From NCBI GenBank assembly GCA_977016875.1, contig CDRNST010000188.1, positions 3,410,001 through 3,474,000 of the forward strand: a stretch of DNA of 64,000 nucleotides, read 5' to 3'. This DNA comes from Pavona decussata (Eukaryota). This document shows positions 12,201 to 23,500 of this stretch, in pieces. Position numbers and translations under genes: made by a program. The notes under the pieces were generated by a model. It was not told where the DNA came from and did no database searches. It was given only the letters and a program-made list of their open reading frames with translations. Within the stretch, counting starts at the first letter, position 1, and each line of letters opens with the position of its first letter.

Positions 12201-15200
12201 TCTACAAAGTAGTTGTTGTTCAAAATGGCACAAAAAACGCTGAAAGTTTCTCCCATTGTTCAGTGCATTCTCCATAAACCACTTGCTTTGTCTTGCATAC
12301 TGAGAAATACAGAGGTCCAGAAAACAAAGTTTTTCATTGCACATTGAGGGGAATAAAAATTTTCCCTTTAATTCTCAATAATTGAAAACCAATCCACTAG
12401 ACTTGCATTTTGTAACTAAGTCTTATGGCAAAAACTTTCAAACTTAAGTTTCCAGCCCTGCCAAGTCAAAGGTGTTCAAAAGTGGTGAATTAATGTTCAT
12501 TTGAAACAAAAAAGTGTCCACTCAGGAAGTTTATGAAAGTATGAATCTTTAATAAAGCATGTCTGCGGCTATTTACAACAGGTGGCCGTAAAAAGAGGTT
12601 GCGAATCAAGGCATTTGCTAAAGAAATGATGAAAACAACTAAGCATTATCTTAGTTAAACCTTACAAATATTTAGGTTTATCAACTGAGTTGCTAGACAA
12701 ATTTGCCACCATTAAGGGATTAAAAGCTGATGTTTGACATTTCAAGTGCTGGTCCGTTCTCTAAGTGCACCTGACAAAGGAAAAGCACTCTAAACATCAC
12801 TTTTTTAATCTCTTTGTGGTGACCAATTTACCTGTGTTATCAATACAGCTGATAAAACTAATTATTCATTTTTACTCCCCCACAAATGCAGCACCACAGT
12901 TTGTTTAGAAACTAAATCCCTTCATCCATTTTGTTAGTTTTCTATAAAGGTGTCTTCTTATCTGTTAGCAGACTTATGTTCATACTAAACAGATATCTAC
13001 AAAATTGGTCAGACTTCTGCCAACTCTCTGCTGACTACACTAACTTCAGACTGAAACCGTTGCCATAGGTGACATGCTAAAGAACAATCTACAATTCACT
13101 GTATAAATAAGGGTGATTTCAAATCACAGAGTCAATACACAATTATTCAAGTCAAGAATACTTTCACGGAAAAGTAAAAGGATGTCACTTTTTAATATTT
13201 TATAATAAATAATAAAGAAACAAATTTGATCTGTATAACATCAAGGCAAAAGCTACAGCAGGTCCTTTCAATGAACAGATCCAATATCTGAGTACATCTA
13301 TTTTTAATTAATAAGTTGGACATTGCTGTCATTTAGTTGGACAATGTTCAGCTCTGTAGATGGCATTTGGATAAAACAAATCCTTGCAAACAAAATGTGC
13401 CTAAATGCAGAAAGTGAAGTCAAATAATTTCACTTCACCAACTTATTGTGAACCATTTAATAAAGAGGAAACTAATGAATGTAACTACTAAGGGAGAGTG
13501 CAGCAGTTTGTTCTCCTTCCAGTTGTTGGATCTTTAAACATATAAGACACCAGCTCAATTGTTGACATGGGAAACCAGAATTTATCTTACGGCTGTTTTA
13601 CTGATGGGAAAGTAATATTAATAATATTACAAAATCATATATTGAAAAATGGTAAAAACACTGGAGTTCTTGGAATAACATATTCATAGGTGGAACTGAA
13701 CTGAGATCCAAAAACATGATTATCTGCTTTTTATTTCTAGAAGTATTCTCCATTTTCTACCCTTCCTAAGTGGCAAGTGTGAATTTACTACCAAATTCAC
13801 TGCTACCCAACCTTGGAAATCAAAACTCACTTGGTTAAGGTCTTCCATCAATCGCACAGCACCAGCACGTTATATGGAATATGATTTTCGGAACTGTTTT
13901 AAGCATCAAAAGCCACTGATTGATGGTAACAAAAATGTCCATTGTCATTAGGTTACTTGGGGATTTTGAATTTGAAAATGGTAATGGATATATTTTCTGT
14001 GACAGCAAAGATTCTTCAACACTTTTACTACTGATAGTCAAAACTTCCAACTTGATATTGGTGTCAGGAGATCATTTCAACATCTGCACTTTGACCATGA
14101 GTAATATTTTTTTTATTGAGCACCAGAAAATCAGTTTCCAGGCTAACAGTCCACAATGTAATCTAAGTTAAAGTGAACATTATGTACCTAGCTCTATTTA
14201 GCTGATTATTTGAGGTGTTTTGCTTCAAGAATCCAGAAGGAGAAGGCTTCAGTGAAACTGTCATGGCTTAAACACATGCTTCAACAAAAACTGCTTTAAT
14301 TTTCAGTGGAATTGGTCTCAGATTACGGCGTCACCATCACTTGACATTGGATTTTATCCTTTTTAGTAGCTAACTGTTCAAAGACTTCATTCAACTTGGG
14401 TTTACATCTCGAAAGTTTTAACCGGACCCACAGTTCTGTCCTGTGGTTTACTTCCTCTTTCTAGAAAATGAAAAGTTCCATTGACAAAGACTTCTGCCAA
14501 GCAGGTTTTGATTTCAAAGGTCATACAGCAGTGAATTACAAGGTCACAATTTTTGTGCTCACATTATTTTTATTTTGGATGCTTATTTTTCATTTTCCTA
14601 GGCAATACTTGCCTATATGTTGCAAACAAAATATCTGTACTTAAAGAAAAATGTCTTATGGGGGAGTTCTAGCCTATCTTACTACCCCTAACCTCACTTT
14701 TAGATTTCAACTCCCTAGCAAGTTTTTGAAATCACTGCAGATGTTTTTCATCAAATTGTCATTTTTGAATTTAAATTTTATTTTTTGCCTGACAGTGTTA
14801 TTGGTGAACAAATAAATATCTCCCTTAAGCAGTGTAAACAGTCGGTGAAGAATGACAAGCAACAGACTTGTCGATATAAAAAAGAAACTTACACAGTGGC
14901 TTGAAGATATGAATTTTATTTTCTTGTGTTAAAAAACAATATTTTACTCACCCATTGCATTTGTTTGTAAAATATTGTTTTTACCATCTGAAAATAAAAT
15001 TCATATCTTTGCGCCGCCATGTAATATCCTCTGCAGCTGTATATACATTCTGCTAAAAGGGAATAAAAGTTGAAAAAGCAAGAACTAATAAACAGTTGTT
15101 GAGATTTTATTGCTGGCATTGTTCTATCCTCTGCTGGCTTCACTATCAGTCACCAGTGAAATTACAGGAACAAAATGTCAAAAATGGAGATGGCTTGAGA

Positions 15201-16906
15201 CAATTCTTAAATCTGTTTGACATGATAGAGATGCTGACTTTAACATTTATGACAAGCACAGGAAACAAGTCATCCAAAATGAGGAGGTAAATGTTTCTTC
15301 ACCAAAATGTTCCACACCTGCCCAAGCCCCCACCCCTCTCCCCCAACAAACCCACACACCCCAAGTCTTTTCATGTTACCACCGATAGGAGAAAATTCTT
15401 ATTCTGAGTGACATATTGCTAAAAGCTAATAGCATATATCTCCAGGTGATTTGACATAAGCCTCACGCGTAATTTTTGATGTGACTTTTTTTCTGACTGT
15501 GTACTACTAATTATGCAAATTTACAAATTGTGTAATGATTGTCTGCAAAATGGAAAAGTGACAATTAATTTTACTTGGGCTAAATGTAAATGAAGTTTAA
15601 ATTAAAGAGAACAACACAGGTTGTCAATTCCAATCCTTTACCCCACTTCATTTAGAAATTTGAAAATATGAAAGGTTGCCCCCAAAAAAATGAAACTCAT
15701 GTGAGGTAAATAGATTCCATGAAATCAGCAGATGATTAACATATTAACATATAGATGTCAAAAAGTCAGCAGCAGGACTCTAAATGTTATTTGTTCTCTT
15801 GTGGAGATTAATTAAACTTAGGATAATGCTCAAGCTTACTTACTTTTTCCTTGGTGCAGATGCAAGAGCAGCTATACCATTCCATTCTCTTAACAGCCAC
15901 CTTAGATAAGGCACACAGAAAAATCATGTTACAACCATACTATACACTGAGGTGTTTTAAAATTAATTAAAATTAAAGCAGCAAAACGTCTCAAAAATGC
16001 TAGTTATCCCTTCCGACATTACACCGTCATCTATCGTTGTCATTTTGGGAGACGTTAAGCTTAAAAAAAAGTGAAAAATATAATTTTTCACCTTGTTGAT
16101 TTTAAAAGGAAACGAATTTACATCATGTCAACAGATGACAGACCGAAAATAGTACTAAGATTAAAAATATATTATTCTTTCATTGCGGAAAGTTGTTAGG
16201 TGTCTACACAGACTACACTGCTGCATGTACCTGTGAATCAGTACGGCTTGTGTGGCTATTAGACTCTCGTACATCAAATACACCAATCCTTTAACCCAGA
16301 ACTCGCGCTCTTGGTGGCTGTGTGCTATGCAAAGACAATAACAACAGCAAGTAGGTTTACTGCCAAAAAAAATTGTAAACGTTGCGTGTTATTAACACTT
16401 GAGCTTACCAACAAGGCTTAAAGTTTTAAGCTTGAATTCAGTGCCATAAAAAATCGCGAGGCAGCAGTTCGGATCAAGTCTTCGTGCGATTTCAGCATTT
16501 CTGTCGAAGTCTTTGGAGCCTAACCCACGCCGGACTTCCTTGATCTCTCGGATAAAAACTACAAACAAGAACAGAATCAATGGACATTTGCTTACCGCTG
16601 GTGCTCAAGATAAATTTAAGAATAGCGCAAACCAAAACAACTTTGTCGATCGCGCACAATTTTGTCAATAACAATACCTGAACCATCCTCTCTGCCTCCT
16701 TCTTTCCTACACCAGACCAGCTGAAACTCCTCCATTTTCAACTTGAAAATCCTCAGATCCGTCGTTTGCCTTTTCCTGGTAGCGTAGTATCTTGTCATAG
16801 CACTGCCCTCCTTTAATGCCGTGATGATCGGCCCCATCTCTTCCCCGATTGCAATCCCCGACGCTGTGCCGGGCGGCGGGCCGTAAACATTTTCCACCGT
16901 GCTCAT
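298..16906 (-). CDS. PLCG1: Phospholipase C-gamma, 5' portion (N-terminal PH, EF-hands, catalytic X box); gene continues beyond the left edge
   Basis: 14 GT-AG exons with continuous phase: 16678-16906, 16409-16558, 16231-16324, 15844-15900, 9816-9918, 8283-8360, 6804-6838, 6220-6271, 5858-5959, 5082-5197, 4588-4673, 2241-2361, 1423-1508, 298-380 (464 codons). Motifs: [36 protein letters not shown] (PLC-gamma PH), [57 protein letters not shown] (both catalytic His), [25 protein letters not shown]. The symbol names the family; PLCG1 vs PLCG2 orthology is not resolved. Confidence 0.95.
2573..2613 (-). ncRNA. Identical hammerhead-like motif in the inverted PLE arm (sense to PLC-gamma pre-mRNA)
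   Basis: Exact reverse complement of 4228-4268. Confidence 0.7.
3352..4120 (+). pseudogene. PLE ORF fragment (RT thumb + GIY-YIG), 5'-truncated and frameshifted near its C-terminus
   Basis: In frame from [18 protein letters not shown] (3352) through ORF 3451-4059. After ..CLIY the natural end ([24 protein letters not shown], 4046-4120) is in a different frame. The inverted copy is ORF 2782-3207(-). Confidence 0.85.
4228..4268 (+). ncRNA. Minimal type I hammerhead ribozyme-like motif (U3-A8 variant) in the PLE terminal repeat
   Basis: tttc-TTGATAA-T-GATGAC-aggat-GTCATC-GAAA-CG-TC-gaaa: 4-bp helix I, 6-bp helix II, GAAA, palindromic ACGT in place of helix III, GUC cleavage triplet. Confidence 0.7.
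8956..9233. mobile_element. Degenerate MITE
   Basis: Imperfect TIR CTGGGCCCAGTTATTCAAAG / CTTTCAAACAACTAGGCCCTG. Confidence 0.55.
10357..10717. mobile_element. MITE with CAGGGCTGTCAAC TIRs and 6-bp TSD (hAT-like)
   Basis: 13-bp perfect TIR; TACATG directly repeated at 10351-10356 and 10718-10723; internal GGAGA-rich subterminal repeats at ~10570-10705. Confidence 0.8.
12669..12922. mobile_element. Decayed inverted pair of a short ribozyme-type/PLE-derived repeat in PLC-gamma intron 4
   Basis: Left part (TTTATCAACTGAGTTG..AAATTTGCCACC..GGATTAAAAGCTGATGTTT) is the reverse complement of the right part (AAACATCACTTTTTTAATC..GGTGACCAATTT..CAATACAGCTGATAAAA). Eroded core CTGACAAAGG..CTCTAAACATCA; tail GCAGCACCACAGTTTGTTTAGAAACTA resembles an abundant coral repeat, recognised from memory. 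Confidence 0.55.
14904..15010. repeat. Hairpin-forming interspersed repeat end
   Basis: AAGATATGAATTTTATTTTC..AAAAACAATATTTTAC / GTAAAATATTGTTTTT..GAAAATAAAATTCATATCTT. Confidence 0.6.
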
Positions 16907-16989
16907 TTTCACACAGAATAGATACTTCCCATAAACTGCTGGAAATGATGTGACTTTTAGTGAAGTTTAGTGCTAATAACAGTGCAAAT

Positions 16990-17032
16990 TATGGCCATAT
17001 TCCTACTTCTTGTTATCATTCCGATCACGTGA
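16990..17032 (-). promoter_or_regulatory. Putative PLC-gamma promoter: YY1-like AATATGGCC and palindromic E-box TCACGTGA (17025-17032)
   Basis: Motif match 90-125 nt upstream of the ATG. Confidence 0.3.
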
Positions 17033-17502
17033 TAAAAACGGTCAGCGGTTGACTCAGGGAACAAATTTCCTGGATGGTCTATGCTTCAAATATGACAAAG
17101 ACAGTATAAGTGGGAGGAACTAGGAAGAGTAACCGAATATGGTAACATCGGAGAGATACATAAGATTTTTTTTATAGAGCGAAACAATACATCATTCCTG
17201 CAGTTATTATATAAAACCCTTAAATAAAACCCAGTTAAAAAACATCTTTCACGGTATCAAGAGCATCATAGGAGTCCAGTCCCGGACTCCCGGCTGGCCC
17301 CTCCACTTTCTGTCAGGTAACCGGCAAGGCGCGTTCGTCCTTGGAATCGCTTTGAATCACTCAAAGAAGTTCAGGTGGGAACATTTAATTAAAAAATTAT
17401 TCGCAATTAATTAGGTAACGTCTTTCTCCCATAGTATCAAACCTTATAATTTTATTTCACAAAATTACGTGATTTTAGTCATCCCCGGAGACCACAAGTG
17501 CA

Positions 17503-17793
17503 CTTTAATAAAATGAATAAAACTGACTCACCTCTGGTGTACTATGCGTTTGGGATCATTTCATCGTTTGAGGCATTCTTTGAAATCTTTTGAGAAGGGA
17601 ATAACAGTGATTTCAAAGAATGCCCAAAACGGTTAGCCTACGTAGCAGGCGTAATTGGGGAGGGGAGGGTGAGAGAGAAAAAGTAAGAGGAAAAAAAGGG
17701 GGAGGTCTCGCTCCCCGAGTACGGCCGGTGAAATGGCCCTCAAACGCAGAAGAATACACCAGAGGTGAGTCAGTTTTATCCATTTTATTGAAG
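17503..17793. repeat. Inverted repeat (~65-bp arms, 17503-17566 / 17726-17793) upstream of PLC-gamma
   Basis: 25-nt perfect core TACACCAGAGGTGAGTCAGTTTTAT present in both orientations. Confidence 0.75.
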
Positions 17794-18179
17794 GAAAGTT
17801 AAAATTTAGCATTATTTAAAGTTTGCAATCGACAAGTTTAATTCTCCATGCAAAGTCTTATAAAGATTTCAAATTATCAGCGGCCAGCTGTAACCCAATA
17901 CCGCTTGCACTCAAAGGTCATGAAGTAATTGACACGAGCTTGGGTTGCCTGTGTTCGCAAGGGAACCCCCTACACCAATGAAAGGTTCTTCTGGTAACTG
18001 TCTCATTGTGCTACTATGCCAGTTAGGATCGACTTCCTGTAGATCTCACCACAAGATGTAAAAAATATGTCTCCGAAGTAGAACATTGTACGGCATTTCC
18101 GTTTATGCATTCAACGGCGCGGATTTCAGACTGCAAAATGATTGCTGCCAGTATGATAACTAATCCTCCTTTGACTTAA

Positions 18180-18589
18180 GGGTGGACTTAACCTAAATTT
18201 GAATGAAATTTTGAAGAGATTTTAAGAAGGGATGGAAGAAAGAAAATGATTTTTGGAACACTAACAGACAGTTGATAACCACGCAAGAGCACCCCAGGTT
18301 GCTAGTGGACTAACTTGGTGTCCGTCTATTAATTATTAACTACAAATTCTAATTTTAAAACTTCACTAACTCTTCAATATTTCTTAATTCTTTTAAATTT
18401 ACCAATCCTTCAAGAAAAACTATCTCCTCCCAAATATACCCAAAAATCACCCAAAAATTCACAAAACACCCCACAACATAGATTCACGTTATGAGCACAG
18501 AGTTTTTGGATTGCTTGAAACGTGAACGAGATATTTCGATTGAAGCCATGTCAAGTGGCGGAAAAATGGCGTTTAGGTTAAGTCCCCAA
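18180..18589. mobile_element. TTAA-flanked MITE (Kolobok/piggyBac-type target)
   Basis: TTAA-GGGTGGACTTAACCTAAA ... TTTAGGTTAAGTCCCCAA-TTAA. Confidence 0.55.
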
Positions 18590-20569
18590 TTAAACAACAG
18601 CAACAACAACAACCAGGACTGATTCGAATAATCAAATTTGTTGTTGTCGAAAGGGAAGTGCAAAAACAGCGACATTTTCTCTATCCATAACGTTTAATCA
18701 GCAGGAGAGTACTTCAAACAAAAACCCACTTATTCCTATTCTTTTCATGATCTCTCTCTGTCAATACACTGAGCTTGCATTTTCATTGGTATTTCGCTGA
18801 CTTTCTAACAAACAACCGGTCTCGAAACTTTTTCTTTTCAAAGGACCTTTATTCACAAAATTCAGCGAGGCAGTAGAGAGAATTGTTAAGGATCTTTCTG
18901 GGCTCGTCTTGACTTTGCTAGTTCTGATCCCTTTGATTTTCCTTTCTACCATATAAGGTGAATAGGCGAATAGCCTTGTACGTCCCTACAATATTTAGAT
19001 CTTGTCTAGCGACGTTCGTTACATGTGCAAACCTTATAGCCACATTGGTTTCCTAAGGTCTTCCGTCTGGGGTTGAGAATGGGCCACAACAATGCACTAT
19101 TGCCGTCTTATGGATTTTTTCATTCCGTCACAAATATGAATACTGCTAACCGCTATTCCTTCCCAATAACTTCAAATACATAATAACCAGCGAGAATTTT
19201 TGATGTTACATGTTTTATTATTGCATTTGAGGTTGATTATTTCGGCCGATACAGCTCTAAGGGGCAATTATTATGTAGAATATATATTATATTTTTAGCC
19301 TATTAATCAAGTAATTTCCATTTGTTATAATACAGTAGCGTAACTCTGGCTCTCAGGGGATCAGACCGCTCTATGGCAAAATCTCCAGACATGACAGTAG
19401 TACATGTAGTAAACGGCTTTTATAATGAACTTATATGATAGGCTATGTTTTAAAATGTACAAAATTACTGCTAACCCGTCCCCAGTCATATCTTATTCTT
19501 GAATCTGAACACGCGGAGGTTGATGGGATGGAACAAAACGAGACACAGTCTCTCTTCTACCCTCCTTCCCATCATGCTCCCTTGTCACGCGCATTTCCCA
19601 ACGAGAGCGACGATTCAACCTCAACAGCAATTACAGGTGGGGTCAATCTTTATCAACAAAGAAAAGTTTACCATCATGCAAATGTGCTGGATACTAGATT
19701 GGTTTTTGTCTTGGGGGCGCTTAACCGCAGCTCCTGAATACATAGATGTACAGTAGTAAATCAGTGTTTGAGATAGTCAAAAAACCCCTCGCCAATGTTT
19801 ACGCTAGAAAATGCCCTGTAAAGAAACAACGCCCTTTACTACAGTTTGGTCGAACTTGAAAATAATTTGTAAAACTTTGAAAAAACAGATTAAGAAAACA
19901 GTATCCAGCGCCCAGAAGCCTCTCACTGAATAAAACAGGAGACGTTTGCGGCAAGTACTCTAGAAAGCAACCCGACAAACCCCAAACGCCTGTCGCGGAC
20001 AAATAAAGGCCAGTCTATACTCCAATATATTTCCTCGAACAGCGAAAAATAAGTTATTATGGTATTCAGCCTCTATTTACCTCAAAATTCTGTACTGAAA
20101 GAAATATCAAATTATACAATTATTTAGTTAAAATGTTATAAACAATTTTGGTATAAAATACAGCGTGGGACAGTAAAGTCGCACTAATATGTCCATATTC
20201 ACATCATACCCTATAACAGTAGAACATTAACAAATTTTTGGTCGGGACAATTTAAAATTACAATATTCTCAAATACAACTTTATCCCATTTGAATAATCT
20301 TAGTCATTTTTTTTAATACAGTGCGTCATTTTCGACTGATTGCCGCTAAAACCAAAAAGCGTTACCATGGAAATAGCAACGGAGAGTTTCATTAGTTTTC
20401 TTGATAAATCTCCCAACTTTCACGTTCTTGATCAATGCAATAAATCATTTGAGCATCAGCATTCTCCTGTTTCCGGAAAAGCTCGTTTCAAACCAGTTTA
20501 GCAAGATCAAACTCGTATGCGTGCTCGACCACAGCATGATGGGAGCGAGAGGATCAAACAATGATCTCA

Positions 20570-23500
20570 TCATACCTGTAGAATGAACAACATCCCAGTT
20601 TAGAGCTGTGAGTTAAGCAGATATTCTTATTGGACTACAGTTGTATGCAATAAAGACGGTGTAGAATATTTTTATTCTTCTAAAGTGGTAGTGTCGCTTT
20701 CATTCCTGTTATATTACTGAAGCGCAATATCTTCGGGCAATACGTCTCTCCGGCCGCCACACAGAGGGGTAAAATGCCGTTATTCAACATTGGGCACGAT
20801 CATTAGGGAACTTAAGCAACGGTGACGGCGACGGCAACGACAACGCCGCAAAACAGTAGGTTTAATGAGCAAAAATTATCGCTCCACGTGTGAGTTTTGA
20901 ATTTTGGTACATTTCTTTGCCGTTCTCTGAAAAACAACAACGTGAAATGACCAAATTCATGGTTTTGTGGAGAACGTGAACACACGACCGTGAATGTTTC
21001 ATTCTCTTTGATAACTCAGTTGAAAGCCGCTCCTACCAATTTGGTTCCCGGGTAATTCGCCGTTTCTGTAGAAGTCGAACGAGTTGAAATAATAGCGAAG
21101 TAGTACAAAGGAAGTAAAGTTATATTTTCAAGTGACGTTTTCGTTAGCGTTGCCGTCGTCGCTGCTAAAGTTCCCTATTAAAGGGATTGTAGAGACTTGC
21201 ATCGAGTTTACCCGTCTCCAATCTTATGACATGTTTTTTCACCAGTTGTGTAGGCGTGATTTCATCCGCAGTTTTTACTTGTTGTGCATCGTCTATTTAA
21301 CTGAAATATTTTAGTTCATGTTTTATGAGTAGTTCAGGAGGGCCACTACTTGTTCAGTTGATTATACTGCCTAGTGCCACCCTCTCTCAATAAAGTTGAT
21401 TTATTTGATGTATTTATTTAATGAGTATCTGAGTGCGAGTGACACGTTTGCAACTTGCACTAAAAGAACACAGCGAAGTATCATGAAAACTAAGTACCCT
21501 AGATCGTTTAATGAGCCAAAAACAACCACCGTACCTCAGTAGATTGTCCACTCACTGTCGGCGGATTCTTCAAGGTACTGTCCTCAGTGTCACTGCCGTC
21601 ACTATTTCTAGGAGTAGGAATTTCCACCAAAGAGTTCCGTCTTTTCGTGACACTGTCAATGTGTGACTTAATAGATATCCTCTCAATAAATGAGCGTCTT
21701 CGAGGTGCAGTGTTATTGATGTCTCTGTCCTTTCGATTTCTGCGTAGCACTGGTGATTCACTCACCGTTTCCTCAGTGCTCCACGATCTCTCTCTTTCCG
21801 AGAATTTCCCAAAAAATGGAACAGATTTGATAAAAGCGTTTCCTTTCCTCTCGTCGTCTGACGTATCACATTTAACTTTTGAACCTAGCGTTTCCTCCAC
21901 ACTATTTTTTCTCTTATCGCTGAGTATTTCTTTGTTTTCAAGAACAACTTTTTCCTCTAGACTTTCGATAATATTTGCATGCGCCAGTGGTGATATTTCT
22001 CGAGACAATCTCCTCTGTTTGTTTCGTTTCACGGCATTTGAAAGTTTTTCTTCGAGTGGTGTTGAAATACAGCTTCGAAGAGAAACCTCCTCGTCCGTTG
22101 TTTGAATGTTAAGATCGTACACGCCACTGCTGCTTGAAGAATCCACACTAGAGGCAGTCTCCGAGCTGGCGAGCGACAAGCGCTTTTTAGTTGAGCGAGG
22201 ACTGAACCCAGAAGATGGTGCGGAAAATGTTCTCATGAGAGGCGCCTGGGTCGAGTTAAATAATGGTTGAAATGGTGGTGTTTGGTATGGTGACGTATCA
22301 CCCGGCTGCGTACTGGGGATCACAAGAGGGGGCTGGCTTCCCACGCTGATCCCTGTAGACGCCTCGGTCAAGCCATACTCTGTCAATCAACAAATCAATC
22401 CACAAATTAGCATTTGTAACAAATGACTCTTCCCCAGTCGTCTCTCTTATTCTTAAATCTTTAGACGCGGGGGTTGATGGGACCGGCGGAAGACCCATTA
22501 ACCCTCGCGCACGCTTATCACCCGCATCTCCTTACAGAGACCACTGGGAAAGAGTCAGATCTAACAGGTCCGTATGATGTTTAGTTTTAAAATTACTTGA
22601 TGAGAAAAACTCTTAGGCCTGTTGCTGGCCGGAGATGTCGCTTTTAATCGAATTATTTTCTTCAATGATACGGAACAACACAGCAGGTTTTTGCGCCAGT
22701 GCAGTAAGGAAAGGGTCGGAAAGGGGTTTTTGTCACGCGCGTGCGCAGTGGCTGTAATTAACAAAGATAATAATAAAAAGCAACTTAACATCACGTACCT
22801 TTACTTCGCATTGCTTGTTTCCACAACAACCGCGTGATTTCCGTCACCCACGCTGTCTTAACTTCGAAAGATTCGGCCTGCAGAGTTACAGAAAAAAAAA
22901 CTTAGTGCCGTGAGCGACTGTGGTTTACTTTACTATGCTCCAAGCATAGGCCGCCGCCTATCCGACGCACACACCCATTAAACATACTCACCAAAATAAT
23001 CCATATATATATCTCCAACAAATCAAAAGTAAAAGATGGAAGAGTTTAACCGCTGACCTGTAGAACAAAAGTATCCTCCGGCTTCCTTCTTCTAAACCAC
23101 AGTTCAAACTTGAGCCCGCTGTCACCTACGTTCTCCGTGAGACCCAAATCAGTGGTCTGGATGGAAAAAAGAAGAAGAAAAAACGGTGTCTAGGGAAAAG
23201 CTCTCAAGTCTTGTTTACTTCACAGAAACATTAAGGTACAGTACAGCCTGATTATCAGACGGTGTGACATCTGATTTAGATAAAGAAAACAAAGAATGCC
23301 CTAGTTGAGTTGAGTTCCTGGAGTTAATGACACTCTATATATTATACCTTAAGTGAGTTCTTGTAGTAATAGAGGTCCACTCCTCCAGGCTGTTTTCTGA
23401 CTTTGCTGAAGATCACCAGGTCATCTAACAAGAACACTCGCCGCTGATGTTTTTTCTTTCCATTCCACACAGTGAAGTTATTCTGACGCAACAGCCTCCC

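Noticed and set aside
13830-14460. Exon-like, coding-looking stretch in PLC-gamma intron 4
   Set aside because: Multiple stops in the frames I read, no recognisable domain, and not required for PLC-gamma phase continuity.
14478-14515. TTGACAAAGAC..CTGC.CAA.GCAG hammerhead-like start
   Set aside because: No GAAA box or cleavage triplet follows.
21587-22105. 172-aa plus-strand ORF
   Set aside because: Antisense shadow of the Ser-rich RhoGEF exon 25; no recognisable motif.
22561-22751. In-phase alternative terminal exon after the PH domain
   Set aside because: Would need a 47-nt intron, and the peptide has no family resemblance. The 22379 acceptor gives a better continuation.
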